Below are positions 59,775-64,000 of a stretch of 64,000 nt of DNA, in pieces. Each line of letters opens with the position of its first letter. Within the stretch, counting starts at the first letter, position 1. The notes beneath the pieces are model-generated. The model was not told the DNA's origin and searched no databases. It saw only the letters and a program-made list of their open reading frames with translations. The position numbers were made by a program, and so were the translations under genes. This DNA is from Desulfobacteraceae bacterium (GTDB lineage Bacteria > Desulfobacterota > Desulfobacteria > Desulfobacterales > JAABSP01): contig JAABTD010000006.1 in the NCBI GenBank assembly GCA_011390065.1, forward strand, positions 16 through 64,015. The letters run 5' to 3'.

Positions 59775-60239
59775 ATGTTGTTTCCCGTGAAAAAGATCCT
59801 CTGCACCACCGATTTCAGCGAAGCGTCCCATGCCGGCATCCATGTTGCCAATGAAATGGCCCTGAAAGATTCGGCCGAGGTCGTCCTGGTTCATGTGGCG
59901 GCGCCGGTGCCGGTTCTGGGCGCGCCCCATCACGCCACGCCGGTGGCCTTTGACGTACCCGCCTATCAACAGGAATTTGTCGATAAAACCGGAGAGGCCA
60001 TCGAACACCTGGCCAAAACCCAATTCGATGATGGGGTGAAGGTCAAGACCCGGGTGGAGGTGGGATACGCCGCCGACGAAATCGCCCGGATTGCCGAGGA
60101 CGAGGGCGTCGACCTGATCGTTATTTCCACCCATGGCCATACGGGGTTTCAACGCTTTCTCCTGGGGTCGGTGACGGAACGGGTCATCCGCTACGCTCCC
60201 TGTCCGGTGCTCTCCGTCCGGGCGCCGGCGAAAGCATAA
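59775..60239 (+). CDS. Universal stress protein (UspA family)
   Basis: KILCTTDFSEAS...LVHV...DLIVISTHGHTGFQRFLLGSVTERVIRYAPCPVLSVR. AAGGAGG SD. Confidence 0.88.
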   Translation: MLFPVKKILCTTDFSEASHAGIHVANEMALKDSAEVVLVHVAAPVPVLGAPHHATPVAFDVPAYQQEFVDKTGEAIEHLAKTQFDDGVKVKTRVEVGYAADEIARIAEDEGVDLIVISTHGHTGFQRFLLGSVTERVIRYAPCPVLSVRAPAKA

Positions 60240-60289
60240 ATAAACAGGGAATCGGAAAAACCGATTCGCAGCAATGGATAAGAACCGAA

Positions 60290-60322
60290 AGCCCCATCGA
60301 CAGGCGATGGGGCTGCTTTTTT
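60290..60322. terminator. Bidirectional intrinsic terminator between convergent usp and aldo/keto reductase genes
   Basis: agccccatcg-acagg-cgatggggct followed by gctttttt. The minus-strand side is followed by tttcggtt. A second small hairpin gaatcgg-aaaaa-ccgattc lies at 60250..60268. Confidence 0.6.
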
Positions 60323-60350
60323 GAGGCCCGGTTTCCGATGCGGAGGCGGG

Positions 60351-61352
60351 TCAGGACGTCTCCCCGGCCCGACTCGGCGGCGCCATGAACTCCGGCCCCA
60401 CCGGATCTGTGATCGTTTCGGCCAGGATGGCGTCGATCCGGTTTTTGCCGTTTTCATCCAGAGCCCATCCCGCAACGTCTTCCACCGGCTTCATCTGATC
60501 CGGTCGCCGTCCGCCCCAGAGTGCGATCTCCGCCTCCTGATCGAGCACCCATCGAACGGCCATGGCCAGCAGGCTTTTGTCGTATTCCTTTCGGGCCAGT
60601 TCCGCCAGTCGGTCCGCCGCCGCCAGATACTGGTCGAATCGAGGCGGATTGAATTTTGGATCGAATTGGCGCAGGTCATCCCCTTTGAATTCCCGATCCT
60701 TGGACATGTTGCCTGATAAAAGACCTCTGCAAAGAGCCCCGTAGGTCATCAGGGCGATGCCGTTGTCGTGGCAGTAAGGTTTGACGTCTGTTTCGATTTC
60801 CCGTTCAAAGAGATTATACGGGGGCTGACACAGATGGATCGGAGCCGCCTTCCGGAAGGCGGACATCTGTTCGGGGCTGTAGTTGGATACCCCGATGGCC
60901 CTGATTTTGCCGTCGGCGACCAGGGTGTTCATGGCTTCGGCGGTCTCTTCGAGAGGAACCAGCGGGTCGGGCCAGTGAACATAATAAATGTCGATATAAT
61001 CCGTTCCCAGCCGCTGGAGGGAATCGTTGATCTCCTTAAAGATCCGTTTTTTAGTGGAATTCCGGAAGACCTTGCCCTGATCGGTCCATTCCAGGGCGAC
61101 CTTGGTGGAGATGAACAGGTTCTGACGGCCGCCGTATTCCTTGACCGCCTTGCCGACGATCTCTTCGGAGCGGCCGAATCCGTAAACCGGGGCCGTATCG
61201 ATGAGGTTGATCCCATTGTCCAGAGCGGTGTGGATGGTCCGGATCGATTCATTCTCGTCGGAGCCGCCCCACATCCAGCCGCCGATGGCCCAGGTTCCCA
61301 GGGAGATGCGCGAGACTTCCAGCCCGGTATCTGCAATCGGTGCGTATTCCAT
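60351..61352 (-). CDS. Aldo/keto reductase
   Basis: 333 aa with LGTWAIGG, NLIDTAPVYG and IDIYYVHWPD motifs. Confidence 0.9.
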   Translation of the reverse strand: MEYAPIADTGLEVSRISLGTWAIGGWMWGGSDENESIRTIHTALDNGINLIDTAPVYGFGRSEEIVGKAVKEYGGRQNLFISTKVALEWTDQGKVFRNSTKKRIFKEINDSLQRLGTDYIDIYYVHWPDPLVPLEETAEAMNTLVADGKIRAIGVSNYSPEQMSAFRKAAPIHLCQPPYNLFEREIETDVKPYCHDNGIALMTYGALCRGLLSGNMSKDREFKGDDLRQFDPKFNPPRFDQYLAAADRLAELARKEYDKSLLAMAVRWVLDQEAEIALWGGRRPDQMKPVEDVAGWALDENGKNRIDAILAETITDPVGPEFMAPPSRAGETS

Positions 61353-61397
61353 GCAATCCTCCTTCTTTGCTCTGCGTCGGTTCGAAAAATCCGGTTT

Positions 61398-61910
61398 CTA
61401 TTCGGCCAGTTTCTTTAGGGAAGCCGCGATAAATGCGGGCAGATCGTTGGGATTCCGGCTGGTGACCAGATTGCCGTCCGTCACCACTTCCGCATCCACG
61501 AATTCAGCCCCGGCGTTCTTGATGTCCTGGATGATCGATTGGTAGCCGGTGATCCGCCGGCCGTCGAGCACTTGGGCGGTGATGAGAAGTTGCGGCGCGT
61601 GGCAGATGGAAAAGACCGGTTTGCCGCTCCGTGTGAAATCCCCTGCAAAGGCGACGGCGTCCGGGTCCACCCGAAGTTTGTCCGGCGAAAAGCCGCCCGG
61701 GATGAGCAGGGCGTCGAAATCTTCGACCGATACATCGGAGACGGCCCGGTCGATGGCGACGGGGGTGGCCTCTTTTTTGCCCTTGACGGTGTCGCCTTGT
61801 TTCAGTCCCACATGGACCAACGAATGGCCCTCTTTCCGAAAGGCCGCTGCCGGCTGGACGTATTCTGAATCCTCGAACATATCAGTGATGATGACCGCAA
61901 TGCTTGCCAT
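61398..61910 (-). CDS. DJ-1/PfpI-family protein (type 1 glutamine amidotransferase-like)
   Basis: The start was moved to MASIAVIITDMFEDSEY, which follows a GGAGG SD. Nucleophile elbow SICHAPQLL. Confidence 0.88.
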   Translation of the reverse strand: MASIAVIITDMFEDSEYVQPAAAFRKEGHSLVHVGLKQGDTVKGKKEATPVAIDRAVSDVSVEDFDALLIPGGFSPDKLRVDPDAVAFAGDFTRSGKPVFSICHAPQLLITAQVLDGRRITGYQSIIQDIKNAGAEFVDAEVVTDGNLVTSRNPNDLPAFIAASLKKLAE

Positions 61911-62027
61911 GAAAAACCTCCTTTTCCTTTTTGGGAATTCATAACAAACTATTATCGTGAGAAATGGCGAGCGAGTAAATGGGGTGAACACCCTATTTTG
62001 GAAAAGAATGCGGGCCGGGGCCGCCGG

Positions 62028-64000
62028 TCAGATCCCCGATTTGAAAAAATCTTCCGGGGTGGCGATGACGCTGGGGCGGGTTCGCTGTCGAATCGGTTGC
62101 GGATCCGAAACCGACGGGAGAGATTTACTGATCAGTTGCGTCGGGCGGGCCGGGGCTTCGGGAACCGTCCCCGGCTTGAAACATTCCGTGACGGTATGGG
62201 GACCGTGGACCGCGGCCCTCAAACCGGTCCGCTGGTCGATTTCGGCGAAAACGACGCTGGCCGGCGGGGAGAAAGGGGTTTTCGGCTGATCGGCTGCGGC
62301 CTTTTTCATAAAGTCGAGCCAGATAGGGCTGGCGGCCCGGGAACCGGTTTCGCCGGAACCCAGGGGGCGTTCCTGATCAAAGCCCACCCAGGCCCCGGAG
62401 ACGTAATGGGGGGTGTAGCCTAAAAACCAGGCATCCCGAAAATCATTGGTGGTCCCGGTCTTGCCGGCTGTGGGGCGGTCCAGCGCCCGGACCCGATAAC
62501 CCGTGCCTTCCTGGACCACGCTTTCCAGCAAGCTGGTCATGATATAAGCGGTGGAGGGATCGATGACCTGATCGGGTTCGATTTTCATGTCGTTCAGTTC
62601 GTTGCCGTCCCGGTCGAGGATGCGGACGATGAAACGGGGATGGATGAGCCTTCCGCTGTTGGCGAATACCGAATAAGAGGTCACCATGTCCATCAGAGAG
62701 ACGCCCGACGCCCCTAAAGCCAGAGAAAGGGTGTCGTCCAGGGGCGAGCCGATGCCCAGGCGGTGGGCGTAGTCCACGGCGTATCCGACGCCGATTTCCT
62801 GCAACACGCGAATGACGGGGATGTTTCGGGACTTGGCAATGGCTTCTCTAAGCCGGATGGGCCCCTTGAACCGGTGGTCGTAGTTGACGGGGGACCAAGT
62901 GGTGTAGCCGTCGTTATAGACAAAGGGCGCGTCCGAAAGGATCGTCAAGGGCGTGTACCCCCTGTCCAGCGCTGCCGCATAAATGATGGGCTTGAAGGCG
63001 GAACCGGGCTGCCGCTGGGATTGGATGGCCCGGTTGAACTGGCTCCGGGAAAAATCCCGCCCCCCGATCATGGCTTTGACCTGGCCGGTTTCCGTCTCCA
63101 CGCAGATCAGCGCCCCCTCCACGACCGGTTGCTGTTCCAGGGACAGATCCCAGATGTCTGCGTCCTCCGCCGTTCCGAGCAACTTCACCCATACCACGTC
63201 TCCGATCGACAGCCGGGTTCCGGCCCAGCGCATCCCATCGGAAGACAATCTTCCCGACGCGGCGCCCATGGCCACCCGAAGTCCGGTCCCCTTTTTGTCG
63301 ACGACCATTCCTTTAACGATCATCCCCGGCGCCGGAAATCCCTCGGGCCGGGACCCCGCCAGCCGGGTCAGTAAATCGTCCCGCTCATCGGGGGAAACGG
63401 TCGCTATGGGCCCTCGGAACCCTTGGCGCTTGTCCAGCGCCCTGAGTCCTTTGTCCACCGCAGCCCGGGCCGACGCCTGGAGATCGAGATCCACGGCCGT
63501 GTAAATCTGAAGTCCCTGCCGGTAGAGAGCGTCGGCCCCGTATTGCGCTTCGATCTCGCGGCGCACATGTTCGGCATAATACGGGGCTTTTTCCAGATAC
63601 CAGTTTCTGCGAGGCAGCACCGTCACGGGCGCCACGTCGGCGCGGTTGGCCTCGTATTCCGTGATGTACCCTTCGGCCAGCATCCGTCGGAGCACATACC
63701 ATCGCCGCTTTCTGGCGCGCTCGGGGGCGTGGGCCGGCGAATAGGTGGAAGGGGCCGGAGGCAGCCCGGCCAGAGTGGCCGTCTCGGCCAGGGTGAGTTC
63801 GCCAAGGGTCTTGCCGAAATAACTGTCGGCAGCGGCGGCCACGCCGTAAGCCCCGTAGCCCAGATAGATCTGATTGAGGTATAAAAAAAGGACCTCTTTC
63901 TTGGTGAGATTTCGATCGATCCGGTAAGCCAGCAGGGCCTCTTTGAATTTGCGCCGGTAGCTTTTTTCGGTGCTCAGGTAAAAAGATCGTGCGACCTGCT
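62028..64000 (-). CDS. mrcA: Penicillin-binding protein 1A (bifunctional transglycosylase/transpeptidase), N-terminus beyond the window
   Basis: The frame stays open to nt 64000 (…RKFKEALLAYRIDRNLTKKEVLFLYLNQIYLGYGAYGV, GT51 motifs). Transpeptidase motifs are SAFKP, SRN and KTGTT. Confidence 0.9.
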   Translation of the reverse strand, partial: QVARSFYLSTEKSYRRKFKEALLAYRIDRNLTKKEVLFLYLNQIYLGYGAYGVAAAADSYFGKTLGELTLAETATLAGLPPAPSTYSPAHAPERARKRRWYVLRRMLAEGYITEYEANRADVAPVTVLPRRNWYLEKAPYYAEHVRREIEAQYGADALYRQGLQIYTAVDLDLQASARAAVDKGLRALDKRQGFRGPIATVSPDERDDLLTRLAGSRPEGFPAPGMIVKGMVVDKKGTGLRVAMGAASGRLSSDGMRWAGTRLSIGDVVWVKLLGTAEDADIWDLSLEQQPVVEGALICVETETGQVKAMIGGRDFSRSQFNRAIQSQRQPGSAFKPIIYAAALDRGYTPLTILSDAPFVYNDGYTTWSPVNYDHRFKGPIRLREAIAKSRNIPVIRVLQEIGVGYAVDYAHRLGIGSPLDDTLSLALGASGVSLMDMVTSYSVFANSGRLIHPRFIVRILDRDGNELNDMKIEPDQVIDPSTAYIMTSLLESVVQEGTGYRVRALDRPTAGKTGTTNDFRDAWFLGYTPHYVSGAWVGFDQERPLGSGETGSRAASPIWLDFMKKAAADQPKTPFSPPASVVFAEIDQRTGLRAAVHGPHTVTECFKPGTVPEAPARPTQLISKSLPSVSDPQPIRQRTRPSVIATPEDFFKSGI

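Overview
GC-rich chromosomal segment. The gene content (siroheme-dependent heme genes ahbC-hemB-ahbD, a Desulfovibrio-type adenylate kinase metal lid, DUF3786-like Cys-rich protein) suggests an anaerobic Desulfobacterota (delta-proteobacterial) genome; this is an inference, not a database result. Most of the window is housekeeping: purQ and purS-purL, rseP-dxr-cdsA-uppS-frr-pyrH-tsf-rpsB, prmC-prfA-rpmE-rho, cca, adk, rpsU, folC, tRNA-Arg(CCG), serA, yifB/comM, a MarR-controlled RND efflux operon and a partial PBP1A. I found no transposase, integrase, phage gene or CRISPR array. The non-routine content is signalling. (1) A seven-gene Wsp-like chemosensory operon (29.6-39.4 kb) ends in a REC-class III nucleotide cyclase rather than a GGDEF protein. 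Its substrate-specifying positions read Glu/Gly, which points to GTP rather than ATP, and an MBL-fold hydrolase follows it. (2) A single 657-aa protein fuses a CheY-like receiver, a cytoplasmic NitT/TauT-type solute-binding-protein-like domain and a CheW domain. It heads an operon encoding the matching ABC transporter (ATPase, Tat-exported SBP paralog, permease) and an uncharacterised coiled-coil protein (45.3-51.2 kb). I rate this the most likely undescribed system. (3) An orphan MCP has a near-identical tandem duplication of its Cache-like sensor module. Other items worth a look are a ClpX paralog without a zinc finger next to the ahb genes, and a Cys-rich DUF3795/DUF3786-like gene between two MBL hydrolases. 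All family calls come from motif recognition by eye. Gene starts were refined from the ORF track using SD spacing and stop/start overlaps. Hand-located promoters and terminators are approximate.
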